Below, in pieces: positions 25,560 to 38,444 of a stretch of 64,000 bases of DNA. Source of the DNA: Eledone cirrhosa (taxonomy: Eukaryota); NCBI GenBank assembly GCA_964016885.1, contig OZ024742.1:261392001-261456000 (forward strand), given 5' to 3'. Under the pieces are notes generated by a model that searched no databases, had not been told where the DNA came from, and worked only from the letters and a program-made list of their open reading frames with translations. Made by a program: the position numbers and the translations under genes. How positions within the stretch are numbered: position 1 is the first letter of the stretch; each line of letters starts with the position of its first letter.

Positions 25560-26010
25560 CTCGCCACTCAGTAGTCTGTTAGACAGTTTTACCGCAACTG
25601 AGCAGCTGAGCAGTGAAACTCGCCTCTAGTTCTCAATGTCTTCTTAACTGAGCAATGAATGCAAGTCTATGACCATCAGCAGTCTGCAGTCTGTTAGTAT
25701 TGTCTTAGTTGAGAATAAAAACACGCCTTTGACTTTCTACTGTCCGCAAGTTATTAGTATCACTTCAGCTGAATAGTGAAAACTGGAAATCGGCAGTTTG
25801 TTAGTCGGTTGCTTTAACTGAGCCGCGAAAACATGTCTCTGGCCCTCAGCAATCAGCAATTTGTTAGTCTCGCCGTAGCTGAACAGTGAAAACATACCTC
25901 TGATCATCAGACGTCTATTTAGTCAGTCATCTTAACTGAGCTGAAACACCTTAGCTTAACAGTGAAAATATGCCTGGTAGTTAGCAGCCAGCAATTTCTT
26001 AATCGCCCAG
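25560..26010. repeat. Degenerate minisatellite with units of about 55-60 bp
   Basis: Recurring CAGTCTGTTAG...(A/G)CTGA(A/G)CAGTGAAAAC..CCTCTG..CATCAGC. Confidence 0.6.
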
Positions 26011-26314
26011 TCTTCTGTCCACAACTGTTATTTGACGGTAATGAAATTATTATTCGATTTCTACATTTTCTTTCGCTCGTGGCAGCCATTTAATGATTAT
26101 GGTTATAAGATTTTATAACATTTCTATAACTAAACGTGTTTTTAAGGTAACTGAATTATTAAAAGGAAAATTGCGATGTCAAGAACCAAAGATTACCAAC
26201 AGTTTTAAAGAACATAAACATTATGATATAATAATTTACACCTTCCGCTATGTAGGTGTGTATGTTTCTGTCTGTGTGTGTGTGCGCGTGCTCACTTGTA
26301 TTGTATATATATAT

Positions 26315-26425
<111 letters not shown>

Positions 26426-26574
26426 GCGCAGACACAAATAGACGCATGAACGCACACAGCCACACGAAAGAAAGAAAAGGATCAATATAAAGGCAGCGTT
26501 GCTGGATTTACAACCGTTATAAATAGTGATGGCCATAAAACATTTGTTCGGAAATAAATTAAAGTATGAAAAGG

Positions 26575-26730
26575 TTTTAATCTTTTTTGTTTCAGTCATT
26601 AGATTGTGGCCATGCTGGGTACCGTCTTGAAGAGATCTAGTCGATCATATTGTTCCTAATACATATCTTTTCAAGCCTACTACTTATTTTATCCATCGTT
26701 TTGTAGAAGCACTAAGAATGCCGAAACGCA
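26575..26730. mobile_element. Degenerate fragment of another octopod-type SINE
   Basis: GTTTCAGTCATTAGATTGTGGCCATGCTGGG...TAGTCGA..AAGCCTACTACTTATT. Family recognised from memory only. Confidence 0.45.
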
Positions 26731-27531
26731 CATTAAAAACAAACCTCACATTGAGGTTTTTATTGAACAGGCCCAGTTACGAACGTTTCACAGTTGTGTG
26801 GCTCAGGATCCATATTTGTGTTATATACCCAACTCCAGCCCCAATCAGACGTGTTAATCAAGCAAAAATAAAATCTCAAATTAGATACGATAGAAAGATA
26901 GTGAATGATATACCTACATGATGGCTGCAAACTCTGCTAAGAGTATTGCAATTGCTTGTCAGATTATAGGGTTTGGTGCACTTTTAGGCTACTGCCAGCC
27001 ACGTGAACCTGTAACATATCCTGAACAAGCAATGCCTGTGCTTTGAAGGTTTTTAAAGTGGAGAAAGGTCTTGCACTCGACCAATCCCACTCTCTGAGCA
27101 TAGACAACACTACCCGAAAAGGAGAACCGGTCAACATCATTGGATGCTTCCGAAGCCGCAGGTTTATTTTTCAGAGTTTCCCTCTTCTAGAAAGGTGTTG
27201 TGATAAAAACAACTACTATTTGGATGGCCGTTGACTCTGTTGAGTTCCTCCGCCGGGTCTTGCATACATACATACAGATTTCCACTCACAAAATATTGAA
27301 ATATGATCTATTACCATCGTCAGCAGAAGAAAATTTATGAGAATTGTGTTATTAAAAAAATCTATAAATCTATAGGTCAATTTAAATTTACCTCCTCGTC
27401 TAGCTGATCTGAAATGAACTACAAACCAAATTAATTTATATCAGATCTTTTTATCGATCTATTTCTATCAATTTTCACCTATTATTTTCCAGTTCGTACC
27501 AAATGTAATTGAATAAATTTATCTCAAATTA

Positions 27532-27580
27532 ATTTTTACCGATGAGACACGATTATGTCGAAACAGTTGTGTCTTGAAAT
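27532..27580 (+). ncRNA. Degenerate HHR-like motif (CCGAUGA core)
   Basis: CCGAUGA-GACAcgauuaUGUC-GAAA-CAguugUG-UC^-UUGAAAU. Stem I is imperfect. Confidence 0.45.
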
Positions 27581-27698
27581 GTTAAAAAATCTTATAAATA
27601 AAATAAAATTACACAAATATATTGAGAAAATAATCTGTTTTGTTTAATTAAGGAATAAATTTCTCACAAACAATCTGAACAATCAATGAGAAACGAGC

Positions 27699-27824
<126 letters not shown>

Positions 27825-27853
27825 AAGAATCTTGCTAAACAAATTCAGAAACG

Positions 27854-27884
<31 letters not shown>

Positions 27885-27887
<3 letters not shown>

Positions 27888-28390
27888 TCATCATCATCAC
27901 CGCCGTTTTACGTCCGTTCTTCTACGCTAGCATGGGTTAGACGGGTTGTCCTGTTATGGGCAGTGTCCAGTCAGCTGGCCTTGTCTTGCTCATACAGGAA
28001 CTGATTCTGGCTTGATTTCTACAGCTGGATGCCTTTCCTAACACCAACCTCATTTAGAGTGAGTGCTGGGTGCTTTTTTCCGTGGCGCCTACACGTCCAC
28101 TTTATAGTGTGGGCTGGGTGCTTTTTTGCCGAGGCACCTCCACGACCACTTTGCAGTGGGAAAGGTGTGTGAGTGTGTGTGGGGGGGTTATTGTCTATAT
28201 GCTTCAGCTTCGGCTTGTTCCTGTGGGACGTCGGGTCTTCTGTATTACTGCGTGACGTCAGAGGTCACAGTCGTGTGTCATTGCCCTTGAAAGGTGCAAT
28301 TGAGTAAGGTCGGCTTTTATCACCTCATCCCAGGTCTTCTTGGGTCTCCCCACTCCGCGGTTTCCATCGACTTCTACTGCTCTGCACCTT
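27885..28390 (-). mobile_element. RTE LINE 3' end with (GAT)n tail
   Basis: CRAVEVDGNRGVGRPKKTWDEVIKADL followed by a 3' UTR. Confidence 0.8.
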
Positions 28391-29430
28391 TTTATATATA
28401 TATATATATACATAATACATACATGCACATTTGAATGTATATATGTAGGAGGGAGTGTATATAAATGCAAATATGAATATATTTGCATATACAAGCACAG
28501 ATCTGGATCTATTCGAATAAGTATACATAAGTTCACTCGAAGCATTGATTTACACGTATGATACTCCATAATAAGAAACAGAAATAAGAATTTTAAAATA
28601 ATTTAAAAAAATAGTATTAGAGAAAATTGTAAGAACGGATAAATACAAAGTAGATAACGACAATTTTTTAACAAGCGACATAAACGGAATAAACACCGCC
28701 AGAATACAAATACACCGTTCCACTAATATTATACTAATAACATAAAGACTGATATTTTATCCATTTAAAATAGAAAAAATAAACAGTGTCATGAATAATT
28801 CCAAATCAACTCGAGACAAATGCTTTGTATTTGAACCGGACTGATAAATATGGTAATTTCACATTTCTTTATATATTAATTCTCTGTGTGAAATGCTAAT
28901 TCTTTGTCTGCACCTACTACTGATTTTTAAAAACATTTCCATTCCTGCAAATTTAATAACAAACTTTGTTCCATCTATATAAAAATAACTACATTCTAAA
29001 TAAATAATAGATAAGTAATCCTGGTACATAAACCTACCTACTACCACCTTTTAGATAATTTTCCACTCCTGTAATGTCACACAATAGATATTACTTTAAC
29101 TGTACAAAAAAAAAACTAATAACATTGTAAACTGTAATGGCATAGGAATTGTAACTCAAACTATAGTTTTATACGGTCAAAAAACTTCATATACAAGATA
29201 TACGTTTTGTATTTAACTGCTTGCTCTATGCTCAATGCTTTGATATTATTTTTTATTCTTAAAACCCTTCTTATTTTCTGGGGATATGCGAGTAATAGGT
29301 ATTATGTATGGTGTAGTTAATTGATGTTCTGCAAATGTATGTATCATTATAATCGTATTGAAACGGACGTAGAAACTTTTTTTTGTAATATTGAATATAT
29401 ATATATATATATGTGTGTATGTGTGTGTGT

Positions 29431-29533
<103 letters not shown>

Positions 29534-29603
29534 GGTGAACTAGCCAGTTTTAGAATTCCCTTTTTCGGACTATATTACTGTGAGAGCCCTGGTTTTCTGT
29601 TGA

Positions 29604-29685
29604 GCTCTGCTGATGAATGATATTCCAACCGTGACCATCTCCACTGAAAGTTTTCATGAAATAGTCTTTTAAGACTATACAGAGC
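29604..29685 (+). ncRNA. Type I hammerhead ribozyme, copy 1
   Basis: Stem I GCUCUG/CAGAGC, CUGAUGA, stem II AUGA/UCAU, GAAA, stem III UAGUCU/AGACUA, AUA^ after 29679. Confidence 0.9.
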
Positions 29686-30233
29686 ATTTGATGTTATTCC
29701 AAATTGAAGGATAAGTGTTTCAGACTTTGTTTTATCATGAGTTAAAGGTCTATAGATTTTTCCATGGATTTTACTAAATTCTGTGGATGAATTTGTATCC
29801 TGATTCTCTTTTGAGATGAGTTTGAGTTATTTTTCCTAAATCTTTCGTTAACTACTTTTCCCATCTTGACGTTATAGTCGCATATATGTTATAGAATGCC
29901 GTTAGCTTCTTGCTAAAACAATCTCTATACGTCTCATTTATATTTATACTCGGATTCTTTTCCTAGAGTGCTTAAACTATCTGTGACTAATCCCGGTTTT
30001 TTTCATAAAAACTGTGATAATTATTGCTATTTTGCTGAACTCCTTGTAGAGTTTTTTTCAGAATGTATTTGACTGCTATTTCTTGTAAATAAACATTCAC
30101 TTCCATCCTGACGTCACTAGCCCCGTTTTTTTCCTCATGTGCTTTTTCATAAATACACATGAAGGTGAACTAGCCAGTTTTAGAATTCCCTTTTTCGGAC
30201 TATATTACTGTGAGAGCCCTGGTTTTCTGTTGA

Positions 30234-30315
30234 GCTCTGCTGATGAATGATATTCCAACCGTGACCATCTCCACTGAAAGTTTTCATGAAATAGTCTTTT
30301 AAGACTATACAGAGC
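30234..30315 (+). ncRNA. Type I hammerhead ribozyme, copy 2
   Basis: Identical to copy 1, with predicted cleavage after 30309. Confidence 0.9.
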
Positions 30316-30565
30316 ATTTGATGTTATTCCAAATTGAAGGATAAGTGTTTCAGACTTTGTTTTATCATGAGTTAAAGGTCTATAGATTTTTCCATGGATT
30401 TTACTAAATTCTGTGGATGAATTTGTATCCTGATTCTCTTTTGAGATGAGTTTGAGTTATTTTTCCTAAATCTTTCGTTAACTACTTTTCCCATCTTGAC
30501 GTTATAGTCGCATATATGTTATAGAATGCCGTTAGCTTCTTGCTAAAACAATCTCTATACGTCTC

Positions 30566-30628
<63 letters not shown>

Positions 30629-30721
30629 AGAAAACGAAAAATCAGTGTTGCATCTGGACTTAGTTTATTTCGTGTTACAAATGTTTCGCCGGCATGAGGC
30701 TCGAGTCATGGTCCTTGTATC

Positions 30722-32230
30722 CACCCTGTCGTCGAACGCAGAAGTGTTTAAACAGCACGCCAAATATTATAATGAGGCACTGCGCGGGGCCGGTTACAAA
30801 GACACCATAATATATAACCCGGATAGAGTAGAGCCTAATGATATGGCGTGCAGAAATGCCAATAGTGAGGGCGTCCCCTTAGGTAGAAGAAGTGACCCGG
30901 TAGCAGTAGCCAGGAACACAAATAACAACACTACTAACTTTAATGACAAAGGACCGACCCGAGATAGGACTAAGGCACCCATGGGAGCCAGACCACCCGG
31001 TGTGTGGAGGCATAGGCCTGACACGCACACTGCATACTCAGTGGCAACTGGGACCTTGGACAGGACTTCGACAAATAAGAACGGGGCACACGCCACGGAG
31101 CACGACCAGCCTGGTTCTAGTGCTACAGCACCGACAACAGCATCACATAGAACTAAGGGGAATAGACGTATAGATGACCACATAGAACGACGTAAATTTA
31201 TAACTGTAGAACATAACCACGACGAACGTAGCGGGCAAATAGACAGGGACAACACACGAGATGAAATTGTGGTTGGGCAAAGCACTGGACGGACACCGAG
31301 CCCTGGACACAACAACAAGAATCCACGCACACGAAGGAACAGATCTAAGGCCGTTACCTGGTTCAATGCGCCTTACTCTAAACATGTACGCACTAACGTG
31401 CCAGGACTTTTCTTCCGAGCACTGGATGAGTGCTTTCCGCCGACAAACAAGTACCACAAAATCTTCAACCGCCACACGGTGAAATTTTCCTTCTCCACGG
31501 CGCCGAATATGGCCGACTACATGGCTAGAACTAACGCGGTGAAGATGGCGCACACTGGCCGTCAACCGCGGCGACAGAGTGACCATGTTTCGGAGCGCGG
31601 AGAACCACCTAGGGACCTGCTTCAAATGACAACCCGGCCACCGAAGCGACCAGAGCGCCCGCCGAGGGTGATATGGTCCAACACCGAGAGGGAAATAGTG
31701 GCATGAGGGAGACAAATGTGTCGGCGGTGCAACACACTGAGAACTCTGAGAGGGCCATAACAGATCGGGGCCTGGACATCGGACGCACAAGAAATGACAG
31801 CAGAACTTGCAACTGTAGAGCGGGCACCCAGTGCCCTCTACAGGGAAAATGCTTAATGAAAGACTTAATATACAAGTGTGTGGTTACAACCCAGAATGCG
31901 CATCGAACATACATCGGCGCAACATCCACGACCTTTAAATCGCGGATGTATAATCACACTAATTCCTTCAGGGACCGTAGCAAAAGGCACTCCACTAGGT
32001 TAGCGGACCTCGTGTGGAACATGAAAGACCACGGCACTCCATACGCCCTGGAATGAAGTATCGTTCGCCACGCGAGGGCATATTCGGCCGGAAGTAGAAA
32101 GTGCCGATTGTGCCTACACGAGGCCATGGAGATAGAGACTGAAGGATGACGCCGTCAACCTGAAGTCTGAAATTATCATGACATGCAGACACCAGAGAAG
32201 ATGCACTTTTGCAGCATGGAATCCGCCGGG
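30722..32230 (+). pseudogene. PLE ORF C-terminal part: RT thumb/linker plus GIY-YIG endonuclease (frameshift near 31690, stop at 32054)
   Basis: LSSNAEVF..YYNEAL..WFNAPYSKHVRTNV..KIFNRHTVKFSFS..CNCRAGTQCPLQGKCL..LIYKC..TYIGATSTTFKSRMYNH..CRLCLHE..NLKSEIIMTCRH. Confidence 0.9.
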
Positions 32231-33090
32231 TGATGCAGGCATGGAGCATGGGAATGAGAACGCTCAGATCCGATTGGCCTAGCGGGATTAGGGGACCTGA
32301 CGATATGCCATGATGACGATGTCCGACCCGTGGGGCAATCATATGTAAACCGGATGCGCACGTGACCGGGCACACAACATTGGAAGATACACCGTATGGG
32401 CCGGGACCGGCTGACACGGGGCCCACTGCCGCCCGGACCTGTGCACTAAACGTTTAGAACAGCACACCCCATCCACGCTGCCATGCCCCATGACGACCGT
32501 GGCGGGCGTCACATTGAATGTGTACACCGTCAATCGTGACTATATACTCTACACCTGTTCCACAGTGATTGTTAATATTGTTATATCATTGTTCTGTTAC
32601 TGTTACCTGTTCTATACACGGACACAGGTTTGCATCTCATCATACCTGTGTGTAGTATATCGCATGGACGCACGCACCTTCTCCTGTACCCCCCCCCCCC
32701 GTTTTTAATTTTTTATTTTACCCGTTCCTTTATTTTACCCCTCCTTTTTTGTACCTATTTATGCAGTTACATACAGATTTTAATGTACCCTAAAATATTG
32801 TCAATTTATTTATCCATTTTATTTTATTATCATATTGTGTTTATTATGTTCACGAGTTTTTATGTGTGGACATGTGTGTGGGTATATGTGCGTGTGTGTG
32901 TGAGTAGATGCGTATGTATGTATATATATATGCGTGGGTGAGTGTTGGGGGGGGGGGGGGGTATGGGCATGGGTGCGTGTGTGCACGAGCTTATACGCGC
33001 CTGTATGTGCAGACATGTGCATATATATACATATGTGGCGGAATGTGGGTGTATGTGTGTGTGGGTGTGTATATGTGTGTCTATATATGA

Positions 33091-33131
<41 letters not shown>

Positions 33132-33541
33132 TATATGTGTATGTGTGAGTATGTACGTATAGCCACGTATGAGTAGGTGTGTGTGTGTGCGGGTGGGTAA
33201 GTGTGCGTATATATATGTGTGTGTGTATGTGTATATATGTGGATGTGTATGTGGGTGCAGGTGCATGCATTTGCGGGCCTCTATATGTGTGTATATGTAT
33301 TTGTGCATACAAGTATGTGTTTATGTGCATCTCATAGGAATGTGTGCGGATGATTATATATGGACTTTGTATGCTTTTTTTATTATTACTATTATTCTTG
33401 TTGTATTATTTTATCACATATCCTCTATATATATCCGTATATATCCGTATATGTATGTATGAGTCCGTGTACGTGTGTGTGTGTGTGCGTGTATGTGTGT
33501 ATATATATATGTGTATATATATGTGTGTATATGTGTATAAT

Positions 33542-33597
<56 letters not shown>

Positions 33598-33982
33598 GTG
33601 TTAAACGATATTCAATGATTATGTCAAAGAATGTGTTTTACAGTAGATTGGAAGCACTCTACGGTAATATATATCATATTGTATATTATATTACATTATA
33701 TATTTTTTTATGTTACGATAAATTACCGTTATTATACTGTTTTTATTGTATAATGTATTTTTAACTGTTCACTTACAGGTGTGTTTATATATGTATATGT
33801 GGTGGCACTTTTGTGTGTGTAGGCAGATGTGCATGCGTGCAGGTGTATGGATGTGGTAACACGTATGCGTATGCATGTGTAGATGTATGTATATCGGTAT
33901 ATGCGTGGGTATTAGTATGTATATGTGTGGATGTGCGTACGCATGTTAAGTTGTCCCTTTTCTTTTGTGTGTATATATGTAT

Positions 33983-34074
<92 letters not shown>

Positions 34075-34169
34075 ACGCGTGTAGGTAATGTTTATGTACG
34101 TATGTGTATTCGTATGTATGTGTGGACATGTGTGAGTATACATTTATATATATACGTGTGTGTATGTAT

Positions 34170-34249
<80 letters not shown>

Positions 34250-34856
34250 GTATGTATGTGTGTATGTATATATGTGTGTGTATGAGTGTGTGTATATATA
34301 TATATATATATATATTTAAATGTATAGAAGGTTGGGCGTATGTGTATGTGCGCGCGTAAGTATGTATATATGTGTACGTTTGAGTAGGATATGCTTATCC
34401 TAATTGATACAGAGCGCGAAGTAAACAACCGTCAGAAGGCTTGTAGCGATATGTATCAACAAGTGGGTGTGACTGGGTCCGTGGAAGTGAGGGAGAGAGA
34501 GGGTGTGTGAGTATATATACTGCGATGTATGTATGTGGGGGGGGGTCTGCGCATGTTGGCGTACGAGTGTGAATGCATAGATAGGTATGTGTCTGCATGT
34601 GTGTGTGTTTTTATGTGTGTATTCTAGTATGTGTGGGTGCTTACTCTAAAGTGTGAGCAGACGTGTGAAGTACTGAACCCAGCATGACTCCATTGAAATG
34701 TGTCGGACGGAAGATGGTTGATGAACCGTGTGGCAGCAGATACTGACCAGAACTTGTGATGACGTGGGGTAAAAACAGCCAATGGCATGACAAGAGTGGA
34801 AATAGGGTTTTTGAGGGTGTTTTTTTAATGATAAAATTTGCTCCGGACGTAACACA

Positions 34857-34954
34857 CGTGTCTGAAAGAACCCGCAGAAGTAGAATCAGCCAGATCCATA
34901 CAAGATACAAGGACCATGACTCGAGCTATATGCCTGCGAAACATTTGTAACACG
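34857..34954 (+). ncRNA. HHR motif in the PLE 3' pLTR, with an atypical core
   Basis: Stem I CGUGU/ACACG, core CUGAAAGA plus ACCC, stem II GCAG/CUGC, GAAA-CAuuUG-UA^. Confidence 0.6.
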
Positions 34955-35079
34955 AAATAAACTAAGTCCAGATGCATCACTGATTTTTCGTTTTCTTTAT
35001 AATATCTACACTCTACTCTGATGAATATCGAATGCTAATTTTGGCATACGGCCTATGGAAGCACCATAGCTATATACAC

Positions 35080-35158
<79 letters not shown>

Positions 35159-35436
35159 ATGTATAGGAATCAGTATTAATAATTCCAGTTATGTTTAAGA
35201 GGTGTTTGAACAGAGCTTGGAATTCTATAAGAATCCAGCTTCTATAACTTTCGGCAGAATTGAAGGCGTATGTAGTCTTGACAACCGCTTATGAGCGAGA
35301 AATGGGACCGTCGATTACTCTCTTTTGCTTTTGCCGAGACTAAGTATGTGACGCAATCACAGCTTTAAAATTCATAGCAAATGGTCTTCAAAATATTTAA
35401 AAATAAACATACAGTATATTTTAAAATATACTATAC

Positions 35437-35569
<133 letters not shown>

Positions 35570-35575
35570 TATATA

Positions 35576-36005
35576 TTAGGTCGGACATAATTTCCCACCG
35601 TTTTCCAAATTGTTATTACCTTTGGCGTTTTTTATCATTCATCAAAATAATCGGCATCATTTGCGATTGCCCTCTCCCATTAGGAAGGCACTTGATTCCA
35701 TCGCTGTAAAATTCCTCTGGCTTCGATGCGAAGAATTCTGTTAGCCATTGATTTAATTGGTCTTCATTGGTGAAGATCTTTGACGGCATTGCATTGCATT
35801 CCATTGCATTGCTCATTGAGAGAAAAAGGTGGCGTGCTGTCTTTATCAACCCAGGATCGCCTGCGCTTGACATTAATGTAAATACACCATTTTTCATTGC
35901 CAGTGACAACGGAAGGCAACCAGCTGGTTGTGTGATCATAGGATAGCAGAGAAGTCGCCACTGCCGCCCGACATTTACGATTACGGTCAGTCAAATTGCA
36001 AAACA
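35576..36005 (-). mobile_element. mariner (DD34D-type) transposon, internally deleted 3' fragment with one TIR
   Basis: VVTGNEKWCIYINVKRRRSW is joined to NEDQLNQWLTEFFASKPEEFYSDGIKCLP. TIR TTAGGTCGGACATAATTTCCCACCG lies next to TA. Confidence 0.85.
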
Positions 36006-36122
36006 TTTCAAAAATTCAGTATGTAATAACTGCATATACGCATGTGTAGATACAGAAACATATGCACATATAACTCAAAACATACAGATCCACAAATGTA
36101 ATAACACCCATAGCCGCACACA

Positions 36123-36154
<32 letters not shown>

Positions 36155-36178
36155 CAGACACACACACACACACACACA

Positions 36179-36231
<53 letters not shown>

Positions 36232-36981
36232 ACACATGCACACATCCTATTTACCTAGTTGATGTCTGTATGTATTCCAAGGGAAAAGTCTTGTTTATAT
36301 GTTAGAAACCGACTCTCTCTCCCTCCCCCTCTCCCCTCTATATATCCCCCCCCCCTCTCTCTCTCGCTCTCTCTCTCTCTAAAATAATAAAACCACCAGA
36401 ATATACATAAAAACTTACATACATGCATACATATATAAAATGAGATAACTGCAGTTTTAAATTAATGGTTAGGGCTCCAGTTTATCATGTAAAACAGCGT
36501 TAAATTCCTTGTTTAAAAACAACGCACCGTCCGGCCCATAAATCGAACTGACGACCTTACTACCTTAAGCACAACACCCTAACTACTAGGTCCTGCGGCT
36601 TTACGTTTTGCTTCGAAATTGTAGGTAACAATATATGGATGGATTTCCTAGATTTGGTAGTTCCAAACCTATAGAAGCAGACGCTCAACCAATCAATGAA
36701 ACATACGAAGTTGACAAATTAGTAGCTTCATAGTTTTTCTTTTGATTTCTATGTTGGATATGAGAAATGACGGTAGTAGTACATATAATGTCGTATGCTA
36801 GGTAATAGTTAAACATGCTATAAAATGGTAAGTAGTTACGTGGTTGTCCATATGATGTATTTTCTCATGTGAATGATTAAAATGAGATATTCAAATACTA
36901 TTCTCTGACGCCATTTTCATTCCTTATTATTTCTGTTTTTCTGATTCAGTTCAATAATATACATATGTATGTGTATGTATA

Positions 36982-37082
<101 letters not shown>

Positions 37083-37109
37083 ACATATCTATGTATGTAT
37101 ATATATATA

Positions 37110-37213
37110 GGAATGAACAGACATAAAGTGCAAGAAGTGGTCAAGCTGTAAATATATATATATATATATATTTACAGCTTGACCACTTCTTGCACTTTAT
37201 CTCTGTTCATTCC
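37110..37213. repeat. Near-perfect palindrome centred on (TA)n
   Basis: GGAATGAACAGA..GTCAAGCTGTAAA-(TA)n-TTTACAGCTTGAC..TCTGTTCATTCC. Confidence 0.9.
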
Positions 37214-37654
37214 TTGCATGAGATATATACTGAGAGGGGGGGGGGGGTGAAGAACATTTCGAACGCAGGAGAATAGTTAGCATCTTAAACTTTCATTCTC
37301 CTACTAGATTCTAATAACAAAAATAGTATTTCCACTTCTAAAAAAAAATAATAGACTCAAAACACCAAACAAGATTTTAAAATAATTTCTTCCGTTTCTA
37401 TTTGATATGGAACTGTTGCCTGAGAGAATATCCCCCATCCCCACCGAGATATTTAATTTATGAATTTGACATACAATGGGTCCTTAACTCCTGGTGGAAT
37501 AGTAGGCTCGCTATTCTGATACACGGTGTATCGTGAGAACTTTTAGACCTGACATAGCTCATCCTTGTATAGATCTGAACAGGACCGATTTCTTCCAAAG
37601 AAATACAGAAAGAGAATTGAGAAAGGGGGTACAGAAGAAGAATTGATCCCATTA

Positions 37655-37790
37655 TTGGACTTGTACTTTATTTATCACCCTCGAAAGGATGAGAGGCAAA
37701 GCTGACTTCGGCAGGGTTCGGACACAAAACGCAGATAACCGGAACGAATAACGCGAAATATCTAACGTCTCTGCTAATTCACCACCTTTT
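37655..37790 (-). mobile_element. Older SINE copy
   Basis: GAAAGGATGAGAGGCAAAGCTGACTTCGGCAGGGTTCG. Confidence 0.6.
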
Positions 37791-38289
37791 GTTAATAATA
37801 CCCTTCTTTATTGTCTTCCATTCGCGGAAACTGATACTTATATTTAATTGTCAATATGTATAAGAAGGAATACGAGAAGACGAGAGCATTCAAAGAAATA
37901 TATATAGTTAATGCAGCGGATTAATTGTCTGTTTTTAATCTGGAATCTTCACATCAAATGACTGATTGCGAAATACGAACAATAAAACAACCATGCAGAA
38001 AAGATTTAAATGTTAGCTTCAAAGAAAAAAGAAACGCTTACTAAGTATTTGCATTTACGAGAAGTTTCTGGAAGTGAATATTTGGCACAATAACACCATC
38101 ATTTACATATAGTTCCTTTTCTTGTTAAATGTAGATAAAAAATTCATAAAACTTCTCATGGTTTGTTGTTACTATTATTATCGTTATCATTGAACACATC
38201 ACTCTTTATATTATTATTTGGGCAATTTCTGGCCTTGTGCCAAAAGTAGAAACAATTATTATTATTGTTGTTGTTATTATTATTATTAT

Positions 38290-38418
38290 AGTTGCATTTA
38301 TCTTGCTTTATGTCCATACGAGTTATCACCAAGTCACAACCAGTGACCTCAAGAGACAACAAGGTCCGCCATGTTCAAGAAAGAAGATACATACACACAC
38401 ATGCATCTTTAGGTGTTT
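38290..38418 (-). mobile_element. R4/Dong family A, 3' UTR with (TAA)n tail
   Basis: Near-identical to 40756-40880. Confidence 0.8.
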
Positions 38419-38444
38419 TATTATTATTATTATTATTATTGTTC

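Larger units (their letters stand above)
30624..35003 (+). mobile_element. 5'-truncated Penelope-like element (C-terminal GIY-YIG, probably Hydra clade) with an inverted pLTR piece at its 5' end
   Basis: 30624-30721 is the reverse complement of about 34904-35002. ORF remnant at 30722-32230, (TA)n flanks. Confidence 0.85.

Noticed and set aside
25560-26010. CRISPR-like array
   Set aside because: Eukaryotic context, no invariant repeat with unique spacers, and no cas genes.
30540-30721. N-terminus of the 388-aa ORF
   Set aside because: Read-through across a repeat end, (TA)n and an inverted pLTR piece. PLE homology starts at about 30722.
32054-32056. In-frame TGA in the PLE endonuclease as a possible selenocysteine
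   Set aside because: It aligns with Trp in the homologue at 51165-51440 (DLTWRLL), so TGG>TGA decay is the simpler explanation.
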